Below, piece by piece: positions 9,035-18,101 of a DNA stretch of 63,641 bases. A model generated the notes under the pieces. The model was not told the origin of the DNA, searched no databases, and saw only the letters and a program-made list of their open reading frames with translations. Position 1 is the stretch's first letter; each line of letters opens with the position of its first letter. The translations under genes and the position numbers were made by a program. Location of the stretch: IMG/VR virus record IMGVR_UViG_3300015203_000009, positions 1-63,641 of that record, one strand, 5' to 3'. This DNA is from a virus. Lineage: Duplodnaviria; Caudoviricetes.

Positions 9035-11220
9035 ATCGAACCATAGCAGCGGATTATGAGACGCCTTACGGAGATGACTTCTCCGTTGTTGGCCTCGGTT
9101 ACGACCGCTACGCACGCGACCCCCGTTGCGAGCCTTATCTTTTAAGTGTTTGTGACGGGTCGGAGGTGTGGGCAGGCCATCCCCGAGATTTTAATTTTTC
9201 TTCGCTGGAAGGAGCGAAGCTCGTGAGCCACAACAGCGCATTCGAAGAGGAAATTTCTTTAGGCGCGACGGAACGCGGGCTGTTCACTGTTCCGGGCCTT
9301 AAACGCTGGGGCATGGACCACTGGTTTTGCTCGTTGAACATGAGCGCTTACTTATGGAATGTGCGAAGCCTCAAGGATGCAGTGAAAGTGGGCTTGGACG
9401 TGGACCTTTCAAAGGGGGTTCGTGACCGCGCTAAAAACAAAAGCGTCGAGGACATGAAGCGGGAAGGTTGGTACGACGACATGCTCAAATATTCCAAGGA
9501 AGATGCCATCAACTGCTGGCGGCTCTGGGACAAGCACAATTCGAAGTGGCCGGAGTTTGAGCGCCGCCTGTCGCGCCTGACGATAGATCAGGGAAGGCAT
9601 GGCGTGCGCATCGACCTCGAAGCTCTCGCATTCGGCATCGAGCAGATGCAGAAGGTGATTTTCACCGCCACCTCCAACCTGCCATGGATCGCGCGCGGCA
9701 ACAAGCCCGCCTCGCCCATCGGCATCGCCGAGGAATGTCGGCTGGTGGGCATCCCGTGCCCGCCCGTGAAGGCGCACAACGCCGAGGCTGCCGCCGAGTG
9801 GGAGGAGATTTACGCCCCGAAGCACAAATTCGTGCTCGCTCTGCGTAATCTGCGCAAGGCGAAGAAAGCCCTCGCAACCTTGGAGACCATCAAGCTTCGG
9901 CTGCGCCCGGACGAGACGATGGCGTTCAGCCTGAAGTATGCCGGCGCGCACACGCTGCGCTGGTCGGGCGACAGCGGCGTCAACATGCAGAACCTCGCCA
10001 AGGAACCGATGTTGATTGACCAGAATACGTCTTTTGTTTTCGACCCGAAAACCATCCAGCCGATGGTGGAGGAATTTTCCAAGGGGCATGCGGGCGAGCG
10101 GGCGCACGGGACATTGGCAAATGGCACCACCTTCTTCGATTTTAGGGGACTCATCATCGCGCGGCCCGGCAAAAAGATTGCGGCCGTGGATGAGGGCCAG
10201 ATTGAGCCGCGCTGCCTCAATTGGATAGCGGGCAACACGGCGATGCTGAAGATGATGGCGGAAGGATTCGCCATCTACGAGGCACACGCGCGTGAGACAA
10301 TGGACTGGAAGGGGGGCGTCCTGAAGGACGAGAACAAAAAAATGTATTCCCTCGCCAAGGCGCGCGTATTGTCCGGCGGCTATCAGGTGGGGTGGAAAAA
10401 ATTTATTGTTGCTGCCATGACAATGGCGCAGCTCGACATCACCGAGGGCGACGCCGATTTCGCACTGGCTGTTTCTGTCGACAAAAAAATCCATCGCCGC
10501 CAGAAGAACGCCAAGGGCAAGTGGGAATATCTCAGCGCGCCAGAAAACATCACCGAACCCATCAGCAACACCTTTCTTCGGCCCACGGCAGACTTCGGCG
10601 CGCAGGCGGAAGAGTGCGTTTTTCTCTGGAAGGAAAAAACGGACAAGCGCACGGGTGAAATTTCGAAAAAACTCATTGCACTCCCCGTGTACGGCATGCG
10701 CTCCCGCATCACCATCCAAGAATACCGCGCCTCCAACCCTTTGATTGTGGCCGTCTGGAACAAATTTAAGGATGTCTTGAAAAATTCCGTGGGCGGCGAC
10801 CTTGTCGTGGAAGGCCCGCACGGGGGCACCCTCACCTACCGCGACATCCGGGCCTCGCGCGTGAAGCAGAAGGATGATGACGGCGAGGAATACGAAACGA
10901 CCCAATACACTTATCAGGACGGCTGGAAGCGTTCGAAGCTCTATGGCGGTCTGATGACAGAAAATCTCATCCAGTGGGTGGCGCGCATGGTGTTTGCGGA
11001 ACACATGCTGACACTGCACGACATGCTGAAGGCGGAGGACGAGACGCAGGGTGTGCTATTCTCGGCTCACGACGAGGCCGTGGCCGAGATCAATGACCCT
11101 GGCGAGAATGCAGCGGCCCGGATAAAGCAGCTTGAGAACCTGTTTTCGATTACCCCGATCTGGATGCCCGGGCTGCCGCTGAAAGCCGAAGGTCACATCA
11201 AGGGCCGCTACTTCAAATGA
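9031..11220 (+). CDS. DNA polymerase family A with 3'-5' exonuclease
   Basis: ExoI DYET, ExoII HNSAFE, ExoIII Y...D; TLRWSG, NMQNL; motif A DEGQIEPR; motif B AKARVLSGGY; motif C HDE. Confidence 0.92.
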   Translation: MNRTIAADYETPYGDDFSVVGLGYDRYARDPRCEPYLLSVCDGSEVWAGHPRDFNFSSLEGAKLVSHNSAFEEEISLGATERGLFTVPGLKRWGMDHWFCSLNMSAYLWNVRSLKDAVKVGLDVDLSKGVRDRAKNKSVEDMKREGWYDDMLKYSKEDAINCWRLWDKHNSKWPEFERRLSRLTIDQGRHGVRIDLEALAFGIEQMQKVIFTATSNLPWIARGNKPASPIGIAEECRLVGIPCPPVKAHNAEAAAEWEEIYAPKHKFVLALRNLRKAKKALATLETIKLRLRPDETMAFSLKYAGAHTLRWSGDSGVNMQNLAKEPMLIDQNTSFVFDPKTIQPMVEEFSKGHAGERAHGTLANGTTFFDFRGLIIARPGKKIAAVDEGQIEPRCLNWIAGNTAMLKMMAEGFAIYEAHARETMDWKGGVLKDENKKMYSLAKARVLSGGYQVGWKKFIVAAMTMAQLDITEGDADFALAVSVDKKIHRRQKNAKGKWEYLSAPENITEPISNTFLRPTADFGAQAEECVFLWKEKTDKRTGEISKKLIALPVYGMRSRITIQEYRASNPLIVAVWNKFKDVLKNSVGGDLVVEGPHGGTLTYRDIRASRVKQKDDDGEEYETTQYTYQDGWKRSKLYGGLMTENLIQWVARMVFAEHMLTLHDMLKAEDETQGVLFSAHDEAVAEINDPGENAAARIKQLENLFSITPIWMPGLPLKAEGHIKGRYFK

Positions 11221-11885
11221 ACAATTTTTGCGCAGGTAGTATAAAGAACACGCCGGGCTTCCAGCCCGGAGATGGCGGTGCAAATCCGACCTCTGCGCTC
11301 CATTTCAAAAAAGAAGACTATTGGGTTAAATCAGTGGATTTGAGACTGGCTCAAGCTATGGTGGTCAGACTCCACTACTCCCGTGGCGGGTCTAACACTG
11401 CCTGCTACACCCACGGACTTGTGCACAAACCGTCAGGAAAAGTTGTTGGGGTTGCTTGGTGGCTTCCGCCGACTCGCGTAGCGTGCGAGTCCGTGGACAG
11501 AGAAAACTGGAAAAAAGTTTTGTCACTCACGCGTCTGGTTATTGAGCCTGATGTTCCCCAGAACGCTTGTAGCTTTTTGTTGGCTCATTCAGTGCGGTTG
11601 ATTCGAAAAGAAGGGCGCTTCGGCGCTCTCGTCACCTACGCGGACGAAAGTCAAGGCCACACTGGAACCATCTACCGGGCTGCTGGGTGGGAATATGTTG
11701 GTCGCACCGGACCTTATCCGCGCTGGGTGGATGCGGAAGGTCGTCAACGCGCTCCTAAGGCTACCAAAAATCGCACCAAGGCCGAGATGGAAGCCCTCGG
11801 GTACGTCAAAACTGGGAGTTTCTTCAAACACAAATTCGTACTCCGGGCGAACCCCAATTGTAAAAATCTCCTCGCCAGTAGCTAA
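11217..11885 (+). CDS. mom: Mom-like (GNAT-fold) DNA adenine hypermodification enzyme
   Basis: HYS, LTRL...D.P.N..SFLL, VTYAD..QGHTGTIYRAAGW.YVG; coupled to the polymerase gene. Confidence 0.8.
   Translation: MNNFCAGSIKNTPGFQPGDGGANPTSALHFKKEDYWVKSVDLRLAQAMVVRLHYSRGGSNTACYTHGLVHKPSGKVVGVAWWLPPTRVACESVDRENWKKVLSLTRLVIEPDVPQNACSFLLAHSVRLIRKEGRFGALVTYADESQGHTGTIYRAAGWEYVGRTGPYPRWVDAEGRQRAPKATKNRTKAEMEALGYVKTGSFFKHKFVLRANPNCKNLLASS
11230..11302 (+). tRNA. Non-canonical tRNA-Gly(TCC) nested in the 5' end of the mom-like CDS
   Basis: GCGCAGG-TA-GTAT-AAAGA-ACAC-G-CCGGG-CTTCCAG-CCCGG-AGAT-GGCGG-TGCAAAT-CCG(A)CC-TCTGCGC-T-CCA. Confidence 0.85.
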
Positions 11886-11899
11886 ATTCCTGATACACT
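11872..11899 (+). promoter_or_regulatory. Class A promoter TCGCCA-N16-TACACT
   Basis: 11 nt upstream of the primase ATG at 11911. Confidence 0.7.
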
Positions 11900-11910
11900 A
11901 CCCCTGCTTA

Positions 11911-14133
11911 ATGCCGCTCTTTGCCCTCCGTAACCTGTCCTCGTCCGCCGTTGAGCCGTGCATGCCGTGGACCTACACCCAAGCCGCCCCCGACCATGTC
12001 AAAGGAAAAGAAAACAAGAAGGCGCGCGACAAATGGATCAATTGTCCGGAAACACAGAGCCAGTGTTATTCGGCGTTCGAAGGTGTTAACGCTGCGCTCC
12101 GTATCTCCGAGCCCAAGATTGGCGGAGAGGAAGGCAATCCTCCCCTCAAGCTGCACGCCTTCGTCGCGGACATTGACTGCCCTGTCTCCCAGCAGGAACT
12201 TGCGACCGGGATTGGTCGGCTTGATTTTAAACCCAACTACTACGAAATCACGCTCTCAGGGAATGCGCGGCTCGTCTGGCTCTTTGAAGCCCCCATTTCC
12301 TTTCCCAATCGTCGCTTTGCCGTAGAGTTTTTGAGACTAGCCCTTGGGCGATTGCACCCGGACCACGTGGCGGCGGGCTTCGACAAGCCGGCATGGGAAG
12401 AGCCAAACAGATATTACACCAACAGCGGCGAGTGGCTGCAAATAAGTGCTGAAGCACGAATTCCGAAGGAGCTGCTGGACGGCTGGGTGGTGGAGGTGGC
12501 GGAGAAGCACGTGTGGAGAAAAGACAAGGGAGCAATTGATCTTCCCCTCCCGGTCGTCGAGGCCGAGCTGCTGAAGAAGTGGTCCCAGATGAACTGGCCG
12601 GGTGACTTCGTGGAAGGCTCGCAGGGTCCGTCGTTCTGGCTGGAAGGCTCGACGTCGCCGAAAAGTGCTGTGGTGAAGCCCACGGGACTTTTCACCTTCT
12701 CCGCCCACCAATCGAAGCCGTTCTACAGTTGGTCCGACTTGCTTGGCAAGGATTTTGTCGAGAAGCACGCCGCCGAGCTGATGGGCAAGGCCGTCGAAAA
12801 CATTTATCACGACGGCAGCAAATACTATCGGACGGATGGACACGGCTCGTGGAAGAATTTCACAAAAGAAGACGTAGTTTTGCACCTCACCACCGACCGG
12901 GGACTCTCCGCTGTCAAGGACGGCGGGGCCTCCGAAATCAACCGAGCCCTCTGCTACATCCAGAATTGGCAGGGCATCGACGGCGCGGCCCCCTTTGTCT
13001 TCCAGCCCCCGGGCATCATCAAGAAGCAGGGTAGGACGTTCTTGAATACGCATACGCGGAAAGTGTTGAGGCCTTCCGATGAGAAAGCCGTCTGGGGGCC
13101 GAACGGAAATTTCCCCTTCATTTCCTCCCTGCTGGACGGTCTCTTCCATCCGGACAGCCTCCCCGCCAATCCCAAGGACTACCTGCTCGCGTGGCTCGCG
13201 CGTTTCTATCGCGGGGCCTACGAATTCAATCTGGAAAGCGGCCAGAGCCTTTTCTTCTTGGGCGCTCCCGGCATCGGCAAGACGTTTCTGTCGCAGGGCC
13301 TTTTTCCCCACCTGATGAGCGGCGGCACGGGCGCAGAGGCCTACCTGATGGGCGAGAGCGATTTCAACAGCGAGCTGTTCGAGACAGCCTTCTGGACGAT
13401 TGACGACAATTCCGCCACCGTCGACAACACCACACATCGCAAATTCTCGGCCATGGTGAAGAAAATGGCCGCCAACACTGTCTTCCAATACCATGCCAAG
13501 TTTCGCATTCCCTGTTCCGTCGACTGGCTGGGCCGGGTGTTCATCACCGCCAACGCTGACGAGCAATCTGCGCGCATCGTGCCCGATCTTTCCATCAACA
13601 TTCTCGATAAGATGCACATTTTCCGGGGCGCGGATAAGCCGGCGGTGGTGTTTCCAGACAAGCGCGGTTGCGAGGCTATCATCCGCAACGAGACGCCTTT
13701 TCTGGCGCGCTATCTCCTCGACTACGTGGCTCCGGCTTACGTCGTGGGCACCTCGCGCTTTGGCGTGAAGAGCTACCACGAGGTGTCGCTGATGAAGGTG
13801 GCCGAACAAAGTTCCGATACGGCCAGCTTCCGCGAGGTGATTGAGCACTGGCGCACGGTGTATTTCCAAGAGAAGCCCGATTTGAAATTCTGGCGGGGCT
13901 CGGCTTACGAGCTCCTGATGGAATTCCACAAGGATGCCTACGCCTCGGCGGCCGGCCTGCGCGGCCTCAATGCCGGCACGGTGGGGAGAAGCCTGATGGC
14001 GGTGAAGGCCAAGGGCATGCCCATCGAGGTGGTGGGAGGAGAAAGATTTCGCGAGTGGATAGTGTACAAGGATGACAAAATCCCAGCGGAGACACCCATT
14101 GTCTCCAAGGCCAATTCAACTTTCAGCAAATAA
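11911..14133 (+). CDS. Primase-helicase (N-terminal primase-like domain, C-terminal SF3/DUF5906-type ATPase)
   Basis: ADID and TLSGNARLVW; Walker A GAPGIGKT, FNSEL, WTIDD, FITAN; start reassigned to ATG 11911. Confidence 0.8.
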   Translation: MPLFALRNLSSSAVEPCMPWTYTQAAPDHVKGKENKKARDKWINCPETQSQCYSAFEGVNAALRISEPKIGGEEGNPPLKLHAFVADIDCPVSQQELATGIGRLDFKPNYYEITLSGNARLVWLFEAPISFPNRRFAVEFLRLALGRLHPDHVAAGFDKPAWEEPNRYYTNSGEWLQISAEARIPKELLDGWVVEVAEKHVWRKDKGAIDLPLPVVEAELLKKWSQMNWPGDFVEGSQGPSFWLEGSTSPKSAVVKPTGLFTFSAHQSKPFYSWSDLLGKDFVEKHAAELMGKAVENIYHDGSKYYRTDGHGSWKNFTKEDVVLHLTTDRGLSAVKDGGASEINRALCYIQNWQGIDGAAPFVFQPPGIIKKQGRTFLNTHTRKVLRPSDEKAVWGPNGNFPFISSLLDGLFHPDSLPANPKDYLLAWLARFYRGAYEFNLESGQSLFFLGAPGIGKTFLSQGLFPHLMSGGTGAEAYLMGESDFNSELFETAFWTIDDNSATVDNTTHRKFSAMVKKMAANTVFQYHAKFRIPCSVDWLGRVFITANADEQSARIVPDLSINILDKMHIFRGADKPAVVFPDKRGCEAIIRNETPFLARYLLDYVAPAYVVGTSRFGVKSYHEVSLMKVAEQSSDTASFREVIEHWRTVYFQEKPDLKFWRGSAYELLMEFHKDAYASAAGLRGLNAGTVGRSLMAVKAKGMPIEVVGGERFREWIVYKDDKIPAETPIVSKANSTFSK

Positions 14134-14939
14134 TGTACTACGGCACGTCAGAAAATCCGCCCGACCAAATTGTCTTCGCTCCCGGGGAAGAGAAAATCCT
14201 GTGGCGTGCCTATCGAAAAAGCGGGGACGTCGAGGCCCTGCGCAAACTCGTCCTGCGCTATCTGCCCTACGCCTTTTCCATTGCCAGCAAGTTCAAGGGG
14301 CCGCGCCTGTCTTTCGAAGATGCCACCTCGGCGGCCAACGCCGGACTCATGGAAGCCATTTCCACGTTCGTTCCGAGCAAGGGCAAGTTTATTGTGTATT
14401 GTTATTGGCCCATCCGCCGGCACACCTTGGAAGCACTCCTAGCAACATATCCGGTTAAATTGGGGTCTAGGATGAGAAAGAACATCCGCAAAAAAGACCT
14501 GTCGGGCAACAACAGCGACCTGAACGAGGCCTTTGCCCGCCTCGGCACCTACACCCCGCTGCAAAGTGGCGACACCTCCGTCGGCTATTCACAGGGCGCG
14601 GGCACTGTGGTGAAAGATAGCCAGAGCGTCGACCACGTGCATTGGAGCCCCGTCGTGCAGGCCTTGGGGCCGCAGCCGACGGCGGACGTCGAGGACTTTG
14701 CCCCCTCGCATGTCGAGGCCGTCGAGCGGGCGGATGAAGCCCTTGAAGTCCGACACTTTATAGAGACAGATGTGTTCACCGCGATTGAAAGGGCCGTCCT
14801 GAAAGCCCGCCATTATGTGGAGCCTCCCGAGGGGCTCGAACACTTGGCGAAAAGGTTGAATCAACCCAAACGAAAATTGTCCCTCGCCTACGACAGTGCG
14901 CTCCTCAAATTGAAGACACGATTTAATGCCCAAGGTTAA
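14133..14939 (+). CDS. Sigma-70-family factor (second copy)
   Basis: GDVEALRKLVLRYLPYAFSIASKF...FEDATSAANAGLMEAISTFVPSKGKFIVYCYWPIR; C-terminal region-4-like HTH. Confidence 0.82.
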   Translation: MYYGTSENPPDQIVFAPGEEKILWRAYRKSGDVEALRKLVLRYLPYAFSIASKFKGPRLSFEDATSAANAGLMEAISTFVPSKGKFIVYCYWPIRRHTLEALLATYPVKLGSRMRKNIRKKDLSGNNSDLNEAFARLGTYTPLQSGDTSVGYSQGAGTVVKDSQSVDHVHWSPVVQALGPQPTADVEDFAPSHVEAVERADEALEVRHFIETDVFTAIERAVLKARHYVEPPEGLEHLAKRLNQPKRKLSLAYDSALLKLKTRFNAQG

Positions 14940-15285
14940 AGCCCCACTCACCAGAGCCGGAGGAAAATGGAGCGAGTCGAAATTCTGGTCTTTCATCCGG
15001 AGCGGGCTGCGTCGAAAGTTTATGATGTGGCCGGCGCAGTATGTTGTGCGCAAAGCTGCTTGCCGCCCATATGTTGGCTCCAATCCTAGACAACATTGGG
15101 AATTCCAGTGCCATAGGTGCAAGAAGTGGCTCATCGGACGGGAAACAAACGTCCATCACAAAATTCCCTGCGGGACACTCACGTGCTACGCCGACCTTCC
15201 GGGTTTTGTTGAACGCCTTTTCTGCGAGCCCCAAGACTTGGAACTGATTTGCAAGACGTGCCACAAACTCGAACACAAAAAATGA
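14926..15285 (+). CDS. HNH-like nuclease
   Basis: FIRSGLR, QCHRC, VHHKIP, RLFCE..LELICKTCH. Confidence 0.7.
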   Translation: MPKVKAPLTRAGGKWSESKFWSFIRSGLRRKFMMWPAQYVVRKAACRPYVGSNPRQHWEFQCHRCKKWLIGRETNVHHKIPCGTLTCYADLPGFVERLFCEPQDLELICKTCHKLEHKK

Positions 15286-15821
15286 AGCCTGTTTCCGCAC
15301 CAACAGCCCCGGACACGCCGCCCACGCCGCGTCCCTATCTTCCGGATACGTCGCACCAGATTGGGGCCTTGCTCTCGATTGTAGGGGCAGCGGGAAATTT
15401 TCTCATCTCCGGCGAATCCCTGCGCTCGCGCGACGAACACGAAGAGACGGCTCGCGCCGAGGCCTTGAAGACATTCGAACTGGCCAATTTGCAGCTGCGC
15501 AACATCGTCGATGAGCAGGAGCGCTGGACGATTCAGCATCCGGATGAGGTGGAGGAGATGGAGCTCCAGATGGCGGATGCGCGTTTGGGAATGCTGAGGG
15601 AGATGCGCCGACCGTCCCTCGTGATGAGTGCCAAGGTGCGATTTGTTGAAGCGTTGGGCAAGTGGGTGGCGTGGGTGGGCGACCTCGTGGACGGCACGCT
15701 CCACGGCAGCGGCAACACGCCCGCCGAGGCGCTGGCGGCCTTCGACGTCGTGTATAGCAAGGGATTTAGCAATCAAACTGCTTCCGCCCCGGCGGCTGAA
15801 GCTCCCGAGGATAAAAAATGA
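15282..15821 (+). CDS. Hypothetical protein
   Basis: ATGA-coupled; C-terminal GSGNTPAEALAAFD. Confidence 0.7.
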   Translation: MKPVSAPTAPDTPPTPRPYLPDTSHQIGALLSIVGAAGNFLISGESLRSRDEHEETARAEALKTFELANLQLRNIVDEQERWTIQHPDEVEEMELQMADARLGMLREMRRPSLVMSAKVRFVEALGKWVAWVGDLVDGTLHGSGNTPAEALAAFDVVYSKGFSNQTASAPAAEAPEDKK

Positions 15822-17113
15822 ACCAATTCGAAGACCGAAAATCCGCAGTGAAGAAATATCTCGAAAGCTATCCGAACGCCTCGGACAAGCACCTCTCGCG
15901 CGTGCTGGGAATTCCCCAGACGTCGGTTTGGCGGGCTCGGCAGGAATTGCGCGGAGGCAGTGTTCTGGAAACCAGTATCCCTAAAATCGGCCACCGCCGG
16001 AACGAGGACGAGAGCATCGAGCTCGTCACCTCCAACCCATGCACCCTCGACGACTTGCTGAAAGCGTGCCGCGTCGACCTGAAGACGTGGCGCGTTTCAA
16101 AGCACGTGGTGAACAAATGGGAGACAGCGAGCAAGCATCCCGACACCGGCAAGATCACGCGCACGCCCCTTTTCCAAATCAAGGCTTTTTTGGAACGCGT
16201 GCCGGGGTTTGAAGACAGCGTTCTTATTCGAGAAACAATTGAGTGGATAAAGAAACAAAATACGAGTCCGCGCAGCGTGGCTGTGGTGCGACCGAGGGTG
16301 GCGGTCGCTGACCCGGTGATGCTGGAACTCACTATTCCCGACCTTCACTACGGTCGACTGAGTTGGAACGAAGAGACGGGCAAAGACTACGATACTTCCA
16401 TTGCCGCTTCTCTATACATCGAGGCCACAAAAAACCTGTGGACCAAATGCTCAGTGTTCCCCGTAGAAAAAATCCTGCTCGTCGTCGGCAATGATTTTTT
16501 CAACTCAGATGGAAAAGACAATGCCACCACCGCCGGCACACCGCAGCAGGAAGGCGACACGCGCTGGCCCAAGACATTCCGCCGGGGCGTGGCTCTCATA
16601 CGACACCAAATCGAATATCTCCGGGGAAAAGCTCCGGGCGGAGTTGATGTCGTATTCATCGCCGGGAATCACGATCAGGAGCGCTGTTTCGTTGCAGGTG
16701 AAGTGATAGCAGCAGTTTACGAAAGTTGTAAAGACGTTTGTGTCACCAATAAACCCATCAAACGCCAGTATTATCAATGGGGCACCGTTGGGCTCGGGCT
16801 GACGCATGGGGACAAGATAAATTTGGACAAACTTCCGCTTATTTTTGCTGGTGAGGCTCCGGAAATTTGGGCCGCTACCACCCATCGTGAGATTCACACC
16901 GGCCATCGCCACCACTCAAAAGAAACGCGCTATCATACGGGTATCGAGAACGGCCCCGTACGCGTGCGGGTGCTTCCGAGTCTCACAGTTGCGGACGAAT
17001 ATCACTTCGATAACGGGTATGTGGGGGCCAAACAGGCCGCAGAGGCTTATCTATGGGGCAAGAAGGCCGGCTACGTTGGGCATCTTTCTTGGACCGTACC
17101 GAAAGTGTCATAA
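15818..17113 (+). CDS. Calcineurin-like metallophosphoesterase with N-terminal HTH
   Basis: PDLHYG, GND, GNHD, THGD, GHRHH. Confidence 0.88.
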   Translation: MNQFEDRKSAVKKYLESYPNASDKHLSRVLGIPQTSVWRARQELRGGSVLETSIPKIGHRRNEDESIELVTSNPCTLDDLLKACRVDLKTWRVSKHVVNKWETASKHPDTGKITRTPLFQIKAFLERVPGFEDSVLIRETIEWIKKQNTSPRSVAVVRPRVAVADPVMLELTIPDLHYGRLSWNEETGKDYDTSIAASLYIEATKNLWTKCSVFPVEKILLVVGNDFFNSDGKDNATTAGTPQQEGDTRWPKTFRRGVALIRHQIEYLRGKAPGGVDVVFIAGNHDQERCFVAGEVIAAVYESCKDVCVTNKPIKRQYYQWGTVGLGLTHGDKINLDKLPLIFAGEAPEIWAATTHREIHTGHRHHSKETRYHTGIENGPVRVRVLPSLTVADEYHFDNGYVGAKQAAEAYLWGKKAGYVGHLSWTVPKVS

Positions 17114-17161
17114 ATCGAAAATGGGGCTTGTAGTCAGGGCCGGGGTCTGAATGATGGGGGC

Positions 17162-17746
17162 ATGAAGCTCCTCCACACCTACAAAGTGAAGCTCGCCTAC
17201 GGGCGCAACCTCTACGGCCATCGCGTAGACGTCGAGATGGACAACGGGCAGGTGGTAAACATGACCCGCTCGGAATACAAGGCCATGCTCGTGAAGGCCG
17301 CGCCTGCCGGGGTGTTCATGCAGAACCCGGCCATCGTGGTGGGCACGCCCGTGCTGGTGCATGACATGGCCACGGGCTACCAATACCCGGGCCTCGTGTC
17401 GAAAGTGTTCAAGCACAAGCTTCGGGTGAAGCTGGAAGGATACGGTCGCACGGGCGAAGAAATTGCCACCGATGAGCCCGTATACGTTTATCCGAGCCTC
17501 AACCTGATGCGCGCCCAGCTGGAGGCCAGCGAGAATCCTGAGTATCTTGCGGCCGTGGACGCCCTGAAGGCCGCCTGCGCCGTCCCCGGAGCCCGCGACA
17601 GCTGGCACATCGGCCGCCCCGCCACACCCGCGCAGCAGGGCTGGGAGAACGCCTGCAACAAGGTATACGAAGTGAAGAAGGCGATAGCAGCCAAGTGGGG
17701 CTTTTCCTCGCACAAAGAGCTGGATTCAATTTTCGGAATTTATTAA
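17162..17746 (+). CDS. Hypothetical protein
   Basis: Clean ORF with GC3 bias. Confidence 0.7.
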   Translation: MKLLHTYKVKLAYGRNLYGHRVDVEMDNGQVVNMTRSEYKAMLVKAAPAGVFMQNPAIVVGTPVLVHDMATGYQYPGLVSKVFKHKLRVKLEGYGRTGEEIATDEPVYVYPSLNLMRAQLEASENPEYLAAVDALKAACAVPGARDSWHIGRPATPAQQGWENACNKVYEVKKAIAAKWGFSSHKELDSIFGIY

Positions 17747-17751
17747 CCACC

Positions 17752-18078
17752 ATGACACACCTCAAAAAGAAACTCTCCCGCGTGGGCCAATGCCCGCTCG
17801 GATTTGGATTCGGCTCCGACCGGGACAAGCGTATCGTCGTCTCGCTCCTCCCCGGCAACGGCGGCGACGTCGACGACATGATTGAGCTGCGCCCTGAAAG
17901 AACCCGAAGGACAGAGACACTTCGCGTGTCCGACATCTACCGCTACGCCATCCAGTGCCGCCTCAATCGGACGCTGATGGAAAAGCTCCGGGCCAAGAAA
18001 GCCCTGAAAAAGGAACGCGCCCAGCACACCCGCATGATGCGTGATGTTGCCCGCGAAAATAAAGCGTTGACAGCCTGA
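17752..18078 (+). CDS. Hypothetical protein
   Basis: MTHLKKK...; start reassigned to follow the upstream stop. Confidence 0.65.
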   Translation: MTHLKKKLSRVGQCPLGFGFGSDRDKRIVVSLLPGNGGDVDDMIELRPERTRRTETLRVSDIYRYAIQCRLNRTLMEKLRAKKALKKERAQHTRMMRDVARENKALTA

Positions 18079-18094
18079 AAAACATTTTCATTCT
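18067..18094 (+). promoter_or_regulatory. Sigma-70-type promoter TTGACA-N16-CATTCT
   Basis: Consensus -35; -10 ends 7 nt before ATG 18102 (near-leaderless). Confidence 0.5.
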
Positions 18095-18101
18095 CGTCGC
18101 C

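Noticed and set aside
9409-11019. Long antisense ORFs (also 12337-13929, 19454-20701, 23414-25156, 47856-48950 and others)
   Set aside because: Shadows of GC3-biased genes on the opposite strand, with no motifs
11695-11910. N-terminal extension of the primase overlapping mom
   Set aside because: A class A promoter directly before ATG 11911 fits better
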